From Octopus vulgaris (lineage: Eukaryota), in NCBI GenBank assembly GCA_951406725.2, contig OX597822.1, positions 104,346,001 to 104,410,000 of the forward strand: a DNA stretch of 64,000 nucleotides. The letters are read 5' to 3'. Numbering within the stretch: position 1 is the stretch's first letter; each line of letters starts with the position of its first letter. Below are positions 40,212 through 55,670 of the stretch, one piece after another. The position numbers were made by a program, and so were the translations under genes. The notes under the pieces are model-generated. The model was not told the DNA's origin, did no database searches, and saw only the letters and a program-made list of their open reading frames with translations.

Positions 40212-41180
40212 TTAAAAGAACCAAAAATTATCAACTAGATTATGAGTGAGAGATAGCAGTTGTCTCAAATTAACCGCACCCAGCTTCCGCCATGGCCTCG
40301 ACACGGCTTCTCTACGATGATCTTCGAAAACCTCATTGATCTTGGCCACCAGTAAGGATTTGGTGTTGCAGGCAGAGCGGCTGGTGTCTTTCTCAAATGT
40401 ACCCCACGTATAATAGTCCATGGGATTACAATCGGGGGAATTAAGAAGTCAGATATTGGGACTGGTGAAGTCGTAAAAAATTCTCCGACAACCACTTCTG
40501 ACTATTTCCTGAGGTATGGCGAGGAGCTCAATACTTATTTCTTTACTAATCACAAGAGGCTAAACACAGAGAGGGGACAAACAAGGACTGACAAACGGAT
40601 TAAGTCGATTGCATCGACACCAGCGCGTAACTGGTACTTAATTTATCGACCCCGAAAGGATGAAAGGCAAAGTCGACTTCGGTGGAATTTGAACTCAGAA
40701 CTTAGCGGCATACGAAATACCTATTTTTTACTACCACAAGGGCTAAACACAGAGAGGGGACAAACAAGGACAGACAAAGGATTAAGTCGATTGCATCGAC
40801 CCCAGCGCGTAAATGATACTTAATTTATCGACCCCGAAAGGATGAAAGGCAAAGTCGACCTCGGTGGAATTTGAAACCAGAACGTAACGGCAAAGAAATA
40901 TGGCTACGCATTTCGCCCGGTGTGCTAACGTTTCTGCCAGCTCGCCGCCTTAAGGAGCTCAATATTGCTGCCACACATATGGTATTTCCAGCAGCAACTG
41001 TCTCTAGCCAGGGTTTGACTACCAATAGCTTTCCATAGCCTTCTGAAATGGTGCCTAAGGGCCTGTTTAAAGATGTGGGGCGGCGTAACGCCACTTTCAC
41101 TGGAAATACATCCAAGGCAATCACAGTTTGGGGGAATTTGCTTTTCGTGATCGGTGGTTCAATTCCATGCCCCATGTTAC
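40212..41180 (-). pseudogene. Decayed Tc1/mariner-superfamily transposase split by SINE A
   Basis: (SPDCNP)MDYYTWGTFEK and VVKPWLETVAAG segments. Confidence 0.7.
40536..40951 (-). mobile_element. SINE family A: head plus two bodies
   Basis: 14-bp TSD aggagctcaata(c/t)t (40522-40535 / 40953-40966). Confidence 0.9.
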
Positions 41181-41440
41181 AACCTTAATAATATTCACAG
41201 AGTATTGAACAGTAGACATTATGTCGGCAAATTGCTACCCAGCAAGAATAATCATGACATAAGTAACTATTTTCCAATATTCAGATGGCTTACAGTCCTC
41301 AATGTCAGCTAATTGTTTTGACAACTACACCTTTAATGATTATGCTCTCCAACGCCATTGACTGTTCCTTAATACATCAATCTGTTCCGAAAAAAAGGAG
41401 GCAAAAGATCATCAAATTCAGCTCGGAAGTACTGTACACA

Positions 41441-42095
41441 TACGACGCGCATTCAAAAAGTAAGTATTCTTTCTTATATTTTCACCGCAAAACTAAAGCC
41501 GCACGGGCAAAATCATTTGAGTGTGAGATGATGCCACCCTTCTTGCGCACAGATGAAAGTTTTCGCGCCAGTAGGCCGCGTCAGCTCCCGACTGCTACAC
41601 ACAGAGGACAGTGGAGGCACATGGCCTAGTGGTTAGAGCAGCGGACTCGCGATCAAGGGATTGCGGGTTCGAATCTCAAACCGGGCGATGTGTGTGTTCA
41701 TGAGCGAAACAGCTCCACGCGGCTCCGGCAGAAGGTAATGGCGAACTTCTGCTGACTCTTTCGCCACAACTTTCTCTAACTCTTTCCTCCTGCATCTTGC
41801 AGCTCACCTACGACGGACCAGCGTCCCGTCTTTGTGGGAAACCTATACGTTAATGAAACCGGGAAACCGGCCCTTATGAGCCAGGCGTGGCTCGAGAAGG
41901 AACAAACAACAAAAAACAACACAGAGGACAGACGTGTAGTGCTTGCTCGTCAGATTTTCGTTCGCACGCAAGATGACCAAACGCATCGAGCAAAGACCAT
42001 AAAACCATGTCTCATCATCAGTGATGATGGCCTCCATGAAGACTGGGTTCTCGTTTACACGGTCCAGCATGTCTTGAGCGATTTCAAACTCTAAC
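41441..42095 (-). pseudogene. mariner remnant interrupted by a SINE
   Basis: EIAQDMLDRVNENPVFMEAIITDDETWFYG (first catalytic D motif). Confidence 0.7.
41612..41918 (+). mobile_element. SINE family C (tail 3)
   Basis: 13-bp TSD acacagaggacag (41599-41611 / 41919-41931). Confidence 0.9.
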
Positions 42096-42257
42096 CACCG
42101 TCTGTATGTAACTCCTCTCACACTAATGAACTTTTTCAACTACATTTTCTGATCCTTTGTCCGTACTCTCTTTTATATTCACCTACTTATATTTTTTGTG
42201 TCTCTCCTGACACCTCATTACTACCATAATCATCTTCATTCCAGTTACTCCCACTTA

Positions 42258-42582
42258 TCTCTATATATATAAAGCTGAAGTTGTCTGTGTATGGCAGGTT
42301 TGGTAGCCTTCAATTAACACTATCTCCTCCGAGGAAAAAATTCAAATCAGACCGTGTTAACACCAAAAATTATTTACATGAAAAAGGTGCTTTTTTTTCT
42401 ATTAAAATCCCTATTTTTAACGATTCTTTGATTGCTCTGTCGCCATTTTTCGGTGTATTTCAACCAGAAAAATGTTCTCTTAAGGAGAATAACACGCTAC
42501 ATAATGCAAAACTTTTACTTTTCAAAAATTCCAATTCTAAAGGGTCGAAACAAACCCGGGCAACGCCGGGCGATACTGCTAG
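42258..42582 (+). mobile_element. Non-autonomous Helitron
   Basis: TCTCTATATATATAAA start; cccgggcaacgccggg hairpin plus CTAG. Confidence 0.8.
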
Positions 42583-43477
42583 GTCTTATATATTGTGGAG
42601 TGGCCATGTACCCCCTGTGCCTGTAGCTCAATATCATGTTTGCCTCCCGACACATGACTTAACGTTGCCTCCTTCCCTACTTCACTTTCATGCAGTGAAA
42701 ATGATCTTACCTTTGTCTTGCGAGTTACGGTGCCATGTAAAAGGCAGCCAGTTCAGCTCTGTAAGTGGTTGGCGTTAGGAAAGGCATCCGACAGTAGAAA
42801 TCATGTTTAAACAGACAATGAAGCTCAATGAAGTCCACCTGCTCGTTAGATCCTGTCAAATCGCTCAACTAATACCTGTAAAGACGACAGAAGTTAAATG
42901 ACAACAACGATGATGATGATGATGATGATGATACACACACGTACACATACTCGCACACACTCGCACACACACACACACACGTGTACACAACACACACGCG
43001 TACACAACACACACACATACACACATACAAACACACATACATACACACACACATATGTAGCTAAATAATGACATCGTAGAGAACAACGGATTTATCCGCA
43101 AGAAAACCTTCAAGTTATAAGGTAACGGTTCCTTAAATGGTAATTAATCCGACACCGTTGCTTGGTCTACAGGAATAAGCTTTCAGAAGTATTCTTATGT
43201 TAGATCTGAAGACGATAAAGCTTGTTCAGACTTATTCTGTTTCGAGAAACGAAATAAAATTAAGTATAATTAGATACTTATTTGGCAAAACCATATCAAG
43301 AGAATAAAGATTTAATAAAATATGATCTTCCTGTATTTCAGTCTTCATTAATTTTCCACCTTCAATCTACGACTCAATTAATTAGACGGTTTACTTTAAG
43401 TCTGATGCGAACGGATAAACATCAACGGCTGAGTGGCAATGTAAGTAGCAATTAGCCAATAAGTAAATGGTTGCAAA

Positions 43478-43526
<49 letters not shown>

Positions 43527-43619
43527 GCACGTTAATGACAGCAGGTAAAAATATACGAAATAAAATAAATAAAATAAAAACAGAAAAAGAAGAAAAAAGA
43601 AAAGAAATGTAAAATATAC

Positions 43620-44057
43620 TTTTTTTACTCTAGGCACAAGGCCCGAAATTTTGAGGGAGAGGGCCAGGCGATTAGATCGACCCCAGTATGTAACTGGTAT
43701 TTAATTTATCGATCACAAAAGGCAAAGTCGACCTCGGCGGAATTTGAACTCAGAACGTAAAAACAGAGGAAATACTTATTTCTTTACTGCCCTTAAGGGG
43801 CTACACACAGAGGGGACAAACAAGAACATACAAACGGATTAAGTCGATTATATCGACCCCAGTGCGTAACTGGTACTTATTTAATCGACCCCGAAAGGAT
43901 GAAAGGCAAAGTTGACCTCGGCGGAATTTGAACTCAGAACGTAAAGACAGGAAATACTGCTGAGCATTTCGCCCGGCCTGCTAACGTTTCTTATTTCTTT
44001 ATTGCCCACAAGGGGCTAAACATAGAGGGGAAAAACAAGGACAGACAAAGGGATTAA
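43620..44057 (-). mobile_element. Nested SINE family A cluster
   Basis: A2-tailed unit 43620-43775, A1 unit 43776-43990, further A1 tail 43992-44057. Confidence 0.8.
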
Positions 44058-44912
44058 CCAAAACTTTCAGCGAATTCTTAGAATGTACAGCTCCTAAAAT
44101 TACTGCAGAACTTAATGGTCACCTAGATAACCCAGTTTCCACAAAAACTGTTCGCCGGGAGCTGCATAAAGCCGGATTTCATGGGAGGGTTGCAATCGGA
44201 AAACCACTACTTTCAAAAACAAACGTTGCGACGCGTTTAGAGTGGAGTAAAAACCTACAGAATTGACCCCTAGAGCAGTAGAAGAAGGCTATTTTCTCGG
44301 ACGAGTCATCCCTTACCATATTTCCGACCACCGACCAAGTATACGTGTGGTGACAGCCAAAAGAAGTATTTGACCCAGACTGCCTTAAACATGGAAGAGG
44401 ATCTGTGATAATCGGGGACGAGGAGGGGGCTATATCTTAGAAATCCGCCGGCCGAGTGGTTTCCCTTCATGACAGAATTAATAGTCTAGACTATTTAAGC
44501 ATTTTATCTGGTCAAATTCATCCTATGGTTGCAGAAATGTTTCCGGTGCAAAATACAATCTTTCAGAATGATAATGCACGAATTCCCACAGCTAAAATTG
44601 TTACTGAATGGCATGAGGAACTTTCTGATGAAATCGAACATTTTATCTGGCCACCAGGGTCCCCAGATCTCAATATTATTGAACATTTATGGTGCATTTT
44701 AGAAAAACAAGTAAGGAGTCGATATCCTCCACCATCATTACTACGAGAACTGGAGACTGCTTTAGCTGAAGAATGGACAAAAATTCCTTTGGAAACAATT
44801 CAAACTTTGTACGAGTCCATAGCTCGTAGAAAACAAGCTGCAATTACTACCCCATATTAATATAAATTTGTTTGAAATTTTAAGGTGTTTCCATTATTTT
44901 GTCCCACCCCTG
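44058..44912 (+). mobile_element. Tc1-like transposon, 5'-truncated
   Basis: VSTKTVRRELHKAGF..KPLL, FSDES, FQNDNARIP, WPPGSPDLNIIEHLW; right end ...ttttgtcccacccctg-TA. Confidence 0.88.
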
Positions 44913-45421
44913 TATATTATTTATATTTAAATCTTTATTTATATTTTCAAATTGCATATATTTTACGTTTTTTCATTTATATATATTATTTATACTTAAT
45001 TCTTATTTATATTTGCAAATCACATATCGTGCTTTTTTTATGTATGAATGAGCTATTCCGGTTCGGTCACCGGAGTGATATTCGATCCCTTTATAGAGTG
45101 TTTGAGTATCGGTTTGGTGTCTGGAATGGGATAGCTTACCTCATGGGCAGGTAGAAGCTCTTTAACCTTGGTTGGTAATCTACCTAGGAGAAGGAAATCT
45201 CCGAAATAAAACCTGAGACCTTGCATGTTCCTGGTTTTGTCAATTTTCATGTCACCCTGGCGAAAGTCTTCTTGGGTTAATAGGTGGGGTTAGTGCAGTG
45301 CAAGCTACACATACATACATACATACATACATACATACATACATACATACATACATACATACATACATACATACATACATACATGCGCACATACATACAC
45401 ACACACATACACATATGTATA

Positions 45422-45598
45422 GTTAATCCAAACATGAAAACACAACAACGCAAGGACGTGGAACAAGTATAGTGTTATTGGACGCTCAGGAAAGAAGGAA
45501 GAAGGATGGTTTAACGCTTCGAACGGAGCTCTTCGTCAGAAACATAGGAAAAGGAAAGATCCAAAGAAGGGAAGACGGAGGGAAAAAATCGCCAACGC
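45422..45598 (-). mobile_element. HHR element family H1
   Basis: Matches 55279-55487. Confidence 0.85.
45509..45543 (-). ncRNA. Hammerhead motif with GAAAC changed to GAAGC
   Basis: Reverse complement: gttt CTGACGA a gag-ctccg-ttc GAAGC GTT aaac. Confidence 0.6.
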
Positions 45599-45599
45599 G

Positions 45600-46770
45600 G
45601 TCATCCCATAAATAATGCGGTTTTATTTATGCTTCTTTTATATTTTAAAATTAAGATAAACAAAGCTCTTTTTAAATCTAAAATATACTTTCCTTTATTT
45701 TCTACAGTGCTCATCCACCTATCTGGGTAGACTTGCAAGGCCCCTCTTCCAAACTTTTCTTGTTCGTGACAAAAAACACTCCTCCAATACCGTTCTGACT
45801 TGTCCACAGAATTCATATTTTTTCCGTCCAAAAGATTTTGAAGACCGCGGTATAAATGATAATCAGATGGGGCAATGTCCGGCGAATATGGTGGGTGGGG
45901 CATCGTTTCCCATTCAAACTACTCCAGCCTCTGGAATTTCATTGTTTGGGGCCGAGCATTATCCTGATGGAAAAACATCTTTTGTCTTAGAACCAAAGAT
46001 GGGCATTTTTCTTCTGGCGCTGACTTAAGCCGCTTAAGCTGCTCGCAGTAGATCTCCTTTATTATCATTTGGTTTGGGTTTAAAAGTTCAAAGTGGACTA
46101 AACAACACCACACATGGGTGAAGACCTATTTAGCCTAAGGTGCCGGTATTTTTCCGTTTGCTACATACACTCTTCGGCATATTTTTATAGAGAACCCATT
46201 TCTCGTCACTAGTCACTATTCGGTCGAAAAAAGGTTCATTCGTTAGACGGGAATGCAAAGAAGAGCACACACTCACTCTCTGCACGCGATTAGACTCGAA
46301 ATGTTTGTAAGGAAGGTATTGATCCAATTTGCTGACTTTTCCTATGGCTCGCAGGTGTCGATAAATGGTTGAATGACCAAATCCAGGCTTCTGTCCTCAT
46401 CAGTTACAATGGAAGTTTGTTCCAACAGGGTTTGCTGGACGTCCTCGTCCAGCTGTACAGATCTTCCAGAACGAGGCCCGTCTTTTAGGCTGTAGTTTCC
46501 GGCTCGGAATTTCTGGAGTCACCGCTGACACTGGCTACACTTATTGCTCGATCTTCGTATGCTGCATTAATATTCCTCGCACTTTCCGTTGCGTTGTTGC
46601 CTTTATTGAAATCCTAAAGCAAAATATGCCGAATATACTCCGTTGTCTCTTCCATTATAGCTTTGAAAATATAACTGTTAAAATCGAACTGCGCTCTTCA
46701 AATCTTGCACTAAGAATAATGACAAAGTAAAAATTACTACCTGCTTTTAGAGAAAGTTCATGTAGGTACT
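45600..46770 (-). mobile_element. mariner transposon (DD34D type), decayed
   Basis: IVTSDEKWVLY, FHQDNARP, MPHPPYSPDIAPSDYHL. Confidence 0.92.
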
Positions 46771-47686
46771 TAGCGGTTCGGCAGAAAAGAACGATTGAAT
46801 AATATCAGGTTTTAAAAAATAAGTCCGTGATCGATTCATTCGATCAAAAGAATTTTTCAAGGTGATATTGCCAGCATAGCTGCAGTATAATGACAGAAAC
46901 AAGTAAAGGGTGAATTATAAAAGAGAGAGAGTTTATTTTGGGACCCAAGTAGCCACGCAAGGGACTGAACCCGGAATCATGTGGCTGTGAAGCAAGCTTC
47001 TTACCACACAGCCACTCCTGCGCTTATTACTAATAAAATAATAATTTCTTATAATTTTAGCACAAGGCCAGTAATTGTGATGAGAGATTTTCAATCGATT
47101 ATACAGTCACCCCTACTCACGTGGTACCTTATTTCCTCGACCCGAGAGGGATAAAAGGTCAAACTAACTTTGGCAGGCTTTGAACTCAGAATGTAAAGAA
47201 CAGTTATACTGCAGGAATATTTTGTCTGGCACTCTAACTATTTCTGCTAATCCACCGCTCTATTAAACACAACGAAAAAGCCACCACCATAAACGCTTCA
47301 ACCACCACCATTTCTACCACCATCAACAACAATAATAAATTCCTATATATTTCGTGTAACAATATTATAGCACAGCGATTCTACAGTGATTTTAAAAACC
47401 ATTAGTGTAAAATTAAAAGCTCTCTGTGTATCAACGGTATGTTTCAGAGACAAATAAATAAATAAATGAATAAAATAATAATAATAAAATACGAAAAATA
47501 CAACTAGTAGAAGTATAAATTAAAAGATATCTCGATAAATTTTCGTGATTCAGAAAGAAATTAAGGAAGAGTGACAGATGTATGAGAACAGAAACCATAG
47601 ATTGGAAATTTCAATTTAGTGAAGAGTATATACTTGACCGATTAGCTTAAATGTATTGAAAATTTTACTGGATTCTCATGAATCTA

Positions 47687-48592
<906 letters not shown>

Positions 48593-48893
48593 GTCTTTAT
48601 ATGTGTGTGCAGGCTTGTTTCTGTGCTTGTGTGTATGTTTGTGTGTGCATGCGCATCTATAGATTAGCATTAAATATACACACACAAAACCACACCCTAT
48701 ATATATATATTAGGGTATATATGTGTGTGTGCGTGGGCTTGTCTATATGTGCATACAGATATAAATTCTGTGACACAAGGGAAATCCAGAGCATTAAACT
48801 CACCACGCATATGTATACGTATACATTCATATAAAATCTATTATAATATACTATATAATAATATAATATATTATGATATAATATTATAAGGAA

Positions 48894-48959
<66 letters not shown>

Positions 48960-49020
48960 TGTATGTCTCTCACTGACTGTACACATAGACAGTCACAGAC
49001 ACACAGGCACACACATACAC

Positions 49021-49057
<37 letters not shown>

Positions 49058-49134
49058 TATATATTTATATCAGAGTAGAATAAAACGTGTTCATTTTTTA
49101 GTATAATCCCATAAACTGCATTAGCTTCAATGCG

Positions 49135-49178
<44 letters not shown>

Positions 49179-49461
49179 CATACATACATACACACATACA
49201 TACATACATACATACACACATACATACACACATACATACATACATACATACATACAAACGCACTCAAATATATAATTACATACGTACATGCACATATACA
49301 TATACCCATGCAACCATACTCAGTCACATATTAAGATACGTACACGTATATGTATATATATATATATATACAAACGTACGAATACATATATATATATGAT
49401 CTATTCAAATTTTGCGCGAGACGTGTGAAAGACATAACGTCATATATATATATATATATAT

Positions 49462-49519
<58 letters not shown>

Positions 49520-50244
49520 ATATATACATTTGTATACATATTTACGTCTGTCTGTCTCTCTGTCTGTCTGTCTGTCTGTATGTCTGTCTATCTGTATGTA
49601 TGTATGTATGTGTTTATATATATGTGTGTGTAAAGAAAGGAAATGGTTGCAGCGAAATTTTCTCCCAATTCTAGATATGTTATAGAAAGAACGAAAAAGA
49701 AATAAAAACAAAAACAAAAAAACAAAAACAAGCATATAAAAAAATGAATACATAACGTAAAACACACACACACACACAGAGAACAAGCACAAATTAATGG
49801 TTTCAAAAGCTATTTAAAATGGGATTTCATAAACATTCCCTTCGCCTGAACACAGAAGCAAATGGAATAGTGTTGTGAGTATTCATCGCAGTTTCCAGTA
49901 TCGGTTTGAAGAATCGCTAATGTGCTTAGGTCTAAGTAGAACACGCTAATACAATGCAGATGCAGCAGTTAGGAGGTGTTTTAAATAGAGATCTAGGAAA
50001 TATTATAAATGGCATATAGTCTTTAAAATCCAGTGCTGTTACAAGAGGGAAATTGGCTCTGATTGCATTGTCTCAAGACGAATTAGGGATTTCTTTTTTT
50101 TTTTTTATTAGAAAGAGTATTCTCCATACTACATGCATCCACATACAGCGTACACCCACTTAATGATAATGGTAATGATAATATTAACGACGATGATGGA
50201 GATGATGACGATCGTGATATTGTCGCCGACGATGACGATGATGG

Positions 50245-50246
50245 TG

Positions 50247-50307
<61 letters not shown>

Positions 50308-50380
50308 TAATAATAATAATGATAATAATTATAATGATAATAATAATAATGATAATAATAATAATGATAATAATTATAAT

Positions 50381-50429
<49 letters not shown>

Positions 50430-50457
50430 TAAAAATAATAATGATAATAATTATAAT

Positions 50458-50510
<53 letters not shown>

Positions 50511-50676
50511 TAATAATAATAATGATAATAATAATAATGATAATAATAATAATGATAATAATAATAATGATAATAATAATAATAATGATAATAATAATAA
50601 TGATAATAATAATAATGATAATAATAATAATGATAATAATAATAATGATAATAATAATAATGATAATAATTATAAT

Positions 50677-50753
<77 letters not shown>

Positions 50754-50770
50754 TAAAAATGGTAATAATA
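50245..50770. repeat. (TAA)n/(ATAATAATAATAATG)n microsatellite
   Basis: Direct reading. Confidence 0.97.
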
Positions 50771-51748
50771 AATTTGGATTAGAAAAATGTGCCAAAGCAA
50801 CCCTGAAAAGTGGAAAACTAGCTAAGAGTAGCAACATCACACTAGATATAGCCAATGAAATAAGAGAATTAGACCAAAGCCAGACATACAAATATGTAGG
50901 AATCCATGGACTAGATATGATACGACACACACAAATGAAAGAGAAAATAAAGAAAGAATATTATAGACGAGTTAGATCAATACTAGAAACAGAGCTCAAT
51001 GCTAAAAACAAGATAATAGTTATTAACACTTTAGCAGTCCCAGTTATAAATTACAGGTACAATATCCTTAACTGGACACGAAATAAACTAACCAAAATAG
51101 ATAGGAAAACAAGGAAAATAATGACAGGATCTAGGATGCACCATCCAAAACCTGACATAGAAAGGCTATATATACAATGTATAGAAGGCGGTAGAGGCCT
51201 TATAGAGCTGGAAAACTATTATAAAATAACCACCATAGGACTGCAAAAATACCTACTTCAGAAGCAAGGAAAACCAAAAAAAAAAAGCCACAAAACACGA
51301 GCAAAACAAAAAAAAACTGTTCTCAGTATTTAAGGAAGCTGACAGATACAAACAAGAAATCATACTACGTAACAAATATGAAGAAGAAACAACAAAAGCT
51401 ATGAAACAAATGAAATCCAAACTAAATCTAGGACAGCAACGGACCATGATAAAACGATGGCAAGAATAGTGCCTTCATGATAAGTAGTGGGCTAAATTAA
51501 ATGCAAAAGAAATAGACAGAGAAAAATCCCAGAAATGACTGAAAAGCTCAGGACTAAAAGTAGAGACAGTAGGATTTTTAATTGCAGCACAAGACCAAAA
51601 CAACCCCACCAGAAATTACCAAAAACATATAAGGAAAAGAAACATAACAAGTAACTGCAGAATATGTGGAGATGGACAAGAAACAATAAATCATATTATC
51701 TCTGGCTGCCCAGTCCTGGCTAAGAAGGAATATATTCACAGACACGCC
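50771..51748 (+). pseudogene. R4/Dong-like (RLE) non-LTR retrotransposon ORF fragment
   Basis: KEYYRRVRSIL..INTLAVPV..IDRKTRK..HHPK.DIERLY..GGRGL; CCHC finger CRICGDGQETINHIISGC; starts directly after (TAA)n. Confidence 0.85.
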
Positions 51749-51771
51749 ATATATGCATTCCTCACCCCTGC

Positions 51772-51848
<77 letters not shown>

Positions 51849-52606
51849 CAATATTTACAATATGAGCTTACGTAAACTTTGTGTTTCGCTTTGAAGAAAT
51901 TATCGAGAGCCATTCTCGTTACTAACACGTAGGCTGCGATGCCTTTCCTAATTCTCTTTTAAAATTCTATTCGCTATTTCACACTGTAATCTATTTTTCT
52001 CCACTGTTATTTCTTTATTCAAGCTTAGTGATTCTATTCTAATCGCTAACTTCACAGCAACCGCTGTGGACTTGCAATTCGAGAGTCTTTGTATTCCCAG
52101 ATATAGCAAAGCGGCTGCAGCTAGCCGGCAGATATATATTTCTAAGAGTACTTCGACCATTCTGTGGTAGATTTGATCGTTCTGAGAACTAATTCGTCAA
52201 TCCCTCTGGATGTTACTGTGTGTTCTCTGGTCTCCATCTCAGACTGAAATCTCACCTTAGGTGTGTCGAGCCTTCTTCCTCAAGCGACGTAGGTTTTTAT
52301 GTTCCAGGTTAGTTTTAGATACTTTTCACCTTCGGCCTGCCTTCGCTCGCCTCTACTCATTCGCCATCAGTCCTATGCACTTGTTTCTAATTTAGGGCAC
52401 GAGGTCAGCAACTGTGCACGGGAGCGGGTTGTTAGTTAATTAAATGGACCGTAGTACATGCTTGTTACTTCATTTCATTGGGTCCCGAGTGGGATGAAAG
52501 TCATAACTGAAGTCGGTTGAGTTTGAACTCAGAACATAAAGGCATAAAGAACCGAGTGAAATTTCACTAGTCAATAGTCATCTTGTCCGATGCGCTAACA
52601 ATTTTG

Positions 52607-52660
52607 CTACTACTACTACTACTACTACTACTACAACTACTACTACTGCTACTGCTGCTG

Positions 52661-52691
<31 letters not shown>

Positions 52692-52737
52692 CTCCACTAC
52701 TGTTACTACTACTGCTGCTGCTGCTACTACTACTACC

Positions 52738-52808
<71 letters not shown>
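52607..52808. repeat. (CTA)n/(CTG)n microsatellite
   Basis: Direct reading. Confidence 0.95.
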
Positions 52809-53097
52809 AATATATATTTTTCTCGCCACCATCACCTGAGCTATACCAACAGGTAAATGCGCGATTTCTCATGACAATCGCAAATTTGTAATATATTCAG
52901 TTTGACAGCGTTTCCTTTTACTGTAGTGAAAAGTTCGTATATTTTGGATCCCTCTACCTTGCCTAATGAAGATGATGTTAAGGGGTATCTTGTACATACC
53001 GCCTATATAATGCAATGCCGATGGAACTCGACGAGTCCCTGATTATATTTCCAAACCATACCGATTCATCAATTTGCCGGTCTATTTTAGGAACATA

Positions 53098-53818
53098 TAG
53101 TGGAGGTGCGGTTGTTCAGTGGTTAGGGTGTCAGCATCATGATCGTAAGATTGTGGTTTCGATTCCTGGACCGGGCGATGCGTTGTGTTCTTGAGCAAAA
53201 CACTTCATTTCACGTTGCTCCAGTCCACTCAACTTGCAAAAATGAGTAACGCTGAGATGGACTGGCGTCCCGTCCAGCTGGGGAACACATACGCCATAGA
53301 AACCGGGAAATCGGGCCCATGAGCCTAGTGGAGGCGCGTGGCTTAGTGATTAGGGTGTCAGCATCATGATCGTAAGATTGTGGTTTCGATTCCTGGACCG
53401 GGCGACGCATTGTGTTCTTGAGCAAAACACTTCATTTCACGTTGCTCCAGGCCACTCAGCTGGCAAAAATGAGTAACGCTGAGATGGACTGGCGTCCCGT
53501 CCAGCTGGGGAACGCATACGCCATAGAAACCAGGAAACCGGGCCCATGAGCCTAGTGGAGGCGCGTGGCTTAGTGGTTAGGGTGTCAGCATCGTGATCGT
53601 AAGATTGTGGTTTCGATTCCTGGACCGGGCGACGCATTGTGTTCTTGAGCAAAACACTTCATTTCACGTTGCTCCAATCCACTCAACTTGCAAAAATGAG
53701 TAACGCTGAGATGGACTGGCGTCCCGTCCAGCTGGGGAACACATACGCCATAGAAACCGGGAAACCGGGCCCATGAGCCTGGCTAGGCTTTAAAAGGGCG
53801 CATTTATTTTATTATTAT
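53098..53818 (+). mobile_element. tRNA-derived SINE family D, head-to-tail trimer (227-bp period)
   Basis: Units start at ~53098, 53326, 53553; single 15-bp TSD tattttaggaacata (53083-53097 / 53819-53833). Confidence 0.92.
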
Positions 53819-54780
53819 TATTTTAGGAACATAACTATTTTTGCGTGCCTCTGTGTGTACATGTGTGTGTCAGTGCGTGAGTGTGTGTGTTATGTATGTA
53901 TATTTTTGTGTCTGTGTGTATGTGTGTTTAAAAACATAGAATCACATGTATATAGTGGTAGATTTTTGGCGTTGGATTCCTTTGCTGTCTTTTAATCCAA
54001 GTTCCATTGGTAATGAATTGTTGAATTTCCAAAGAAAATACCAACTGATGTGGAAAAAACCCATTTCGTTAGACCCGAGTTACGTTTGTTAAGAATCGAT
54101 CAGCCTTTCCCCCACCTCTCTCTCTCTCTCTCTCTCCTTCCCTCTCTCTCTCTCTCCCTCTCTCTCGCTCTCCCTCTCTCTACTGTTTCCTCTCTGCTAT
54201 TCTTTCTCTCTCACTTTCTCCTTCTCTCCACGATAAAAGACATCAGGCAGAAGTTTGTAACTGATTATAGTTTCCCGTCTCCGAGAGATAAGAAACGCTG
54301 TATATAATAAATGTTTTCGCTGCTTACCGTTTTATTTGAAGATTTATTTCCACAGGAATTTTATAGATTTCCAAGTATTTTTTATACTTCCGGTTTTTTT
54401 TTTTCAAAATAGAATTCCACTAAAAGAAAAAGAGAACATCCTCTTTGACTTCACTGGAATAAAAACCTATAAAACCGCATAAATGAATGGAGTCGATCAT
54501 TGCTGCGGTTCTCTTTTACCCAAATGCTTATAGGAATAAAATTAGTCCTTACTTGGCGATAATATTTTACACATTCAGTCGACGGATTTATCTCCTGTAT
54601 TATAAAAAACAATATCAAGCGGCGTGAGATGTGATTTCAGTAATATATATATATATATAGACACACGCCTACACACACGTGCTTTCTTACTCACACATTG
54701 CACATGCGTACGTTCATCGATCTATCAATTGATCCATCGATCGATCGATCCATTCATCCATACCTAAATGCATGCATTCA

Positions 54781-54820
<40 letters not shown>

Positions 54821-54885
54821 TATAGATATATGTGTGTGTGAATGAATGTATGCTGTCTGTCTATTTATCTATTTATTCTATCTGT

Positions 54886-54945
<60 letters not shown>

Positions 54946-54946
54946 A

Positions 54947-54979
<33 letters not shown>

Positions 54980-55210
54980 GTATTTATGTCTGTCATTCTG
55001 TACACACACACACACACACACACGCATGTATATGTATACCACCTGATGCGTGGTACACAGTATACTTGCTCAGACAACGTCGATTTGATCGAGAGAGTGA
55101 ATTACTATGCGGCGCGAACATTTGACCACTATACGAAAATCATTTGTTCACCTCTTTCAGCAAAAGCTGAATGCTCATTGGTCGTCTTTGACGAGAGAGT
55201 CCATCATATG

Positions 55211-55278
<68 letters not shown>

Positions 55279-55282
<4 letters not shown>

Positions 55283-55485
55283 ATCCAAACATGAACAAAG
55301 AGAAAACAAACACAACAACGCGAGGACATGGAACAAGTATAGTGTTATTGGACGCTCAGGAAAGGAAAGGGAGAAGGAGGATTTAACGTTTCGAACGGAG
55401 CTCTTCGTCAGAAACATAGAAAAGGAAAGGTCCAAGGAAGGGAAGACGGAGGCAAAAAATCGCCAACGATACACACGCGGTCACA

Positions 55486-55487
<2 letters not shown>
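55279..55487 (-). mobile_element. HHR element family H1 (~210 bp), in (TA)n
   Basis: (TA)n on both sides; internal hammerhead. Confidence 0.85.
55381..55415 (-). ncRNA. Minimal type-I hammerhead (loop-less stem III, dimer type)
   Basis: Reverse complement: gttt CTGACGA a gag-ctccg-ttc GAAAC GTT aaat. Confidence 0.75.
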
Positions 55488-55530
<43 letters not shown>

Positions 55531-55632
55531 GAGTAAACACATAAATATGAAACAAGGTGGAAAAAAGAGTACTCAAATACCAGTGGTAGAGTGATATGCT
55601 TTATTTAAAGCAGCAGAAAATTCAACAAAACC

Positions 55633-55670
55633 CTGTTACTCTGAGTTTCCCGTTGCCGTTCATCGGACAG
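55633..55670 (-). ncRNA. Hammerhead motif (U4C) in a ~150-bp element between (TA)n tracts
   Basis: Reverse complement: ctgt CCGATGA a-cg-gcaa-cg-g GAAAC tcaga GTA acag. Confidence 0.65.

Noticed and set aside
43204-43255. CTGAAGA-cga...tcg-a-GAAAC
   Set aside because: No convincing stem III, UH site or stem I.
45055-45290. Possible RTE-like 5' UTR (ctaggagaaggaaatctc)
   Set aside because: Short resemblance only, with no ORF or second copy.
53100-53175. tRNA genes in SINE heads (also 41612, 56043)
   Set aside because: tRNA-like A/B boxes continue into SINE bodies with TSDs; these are not standalone tRNAs.
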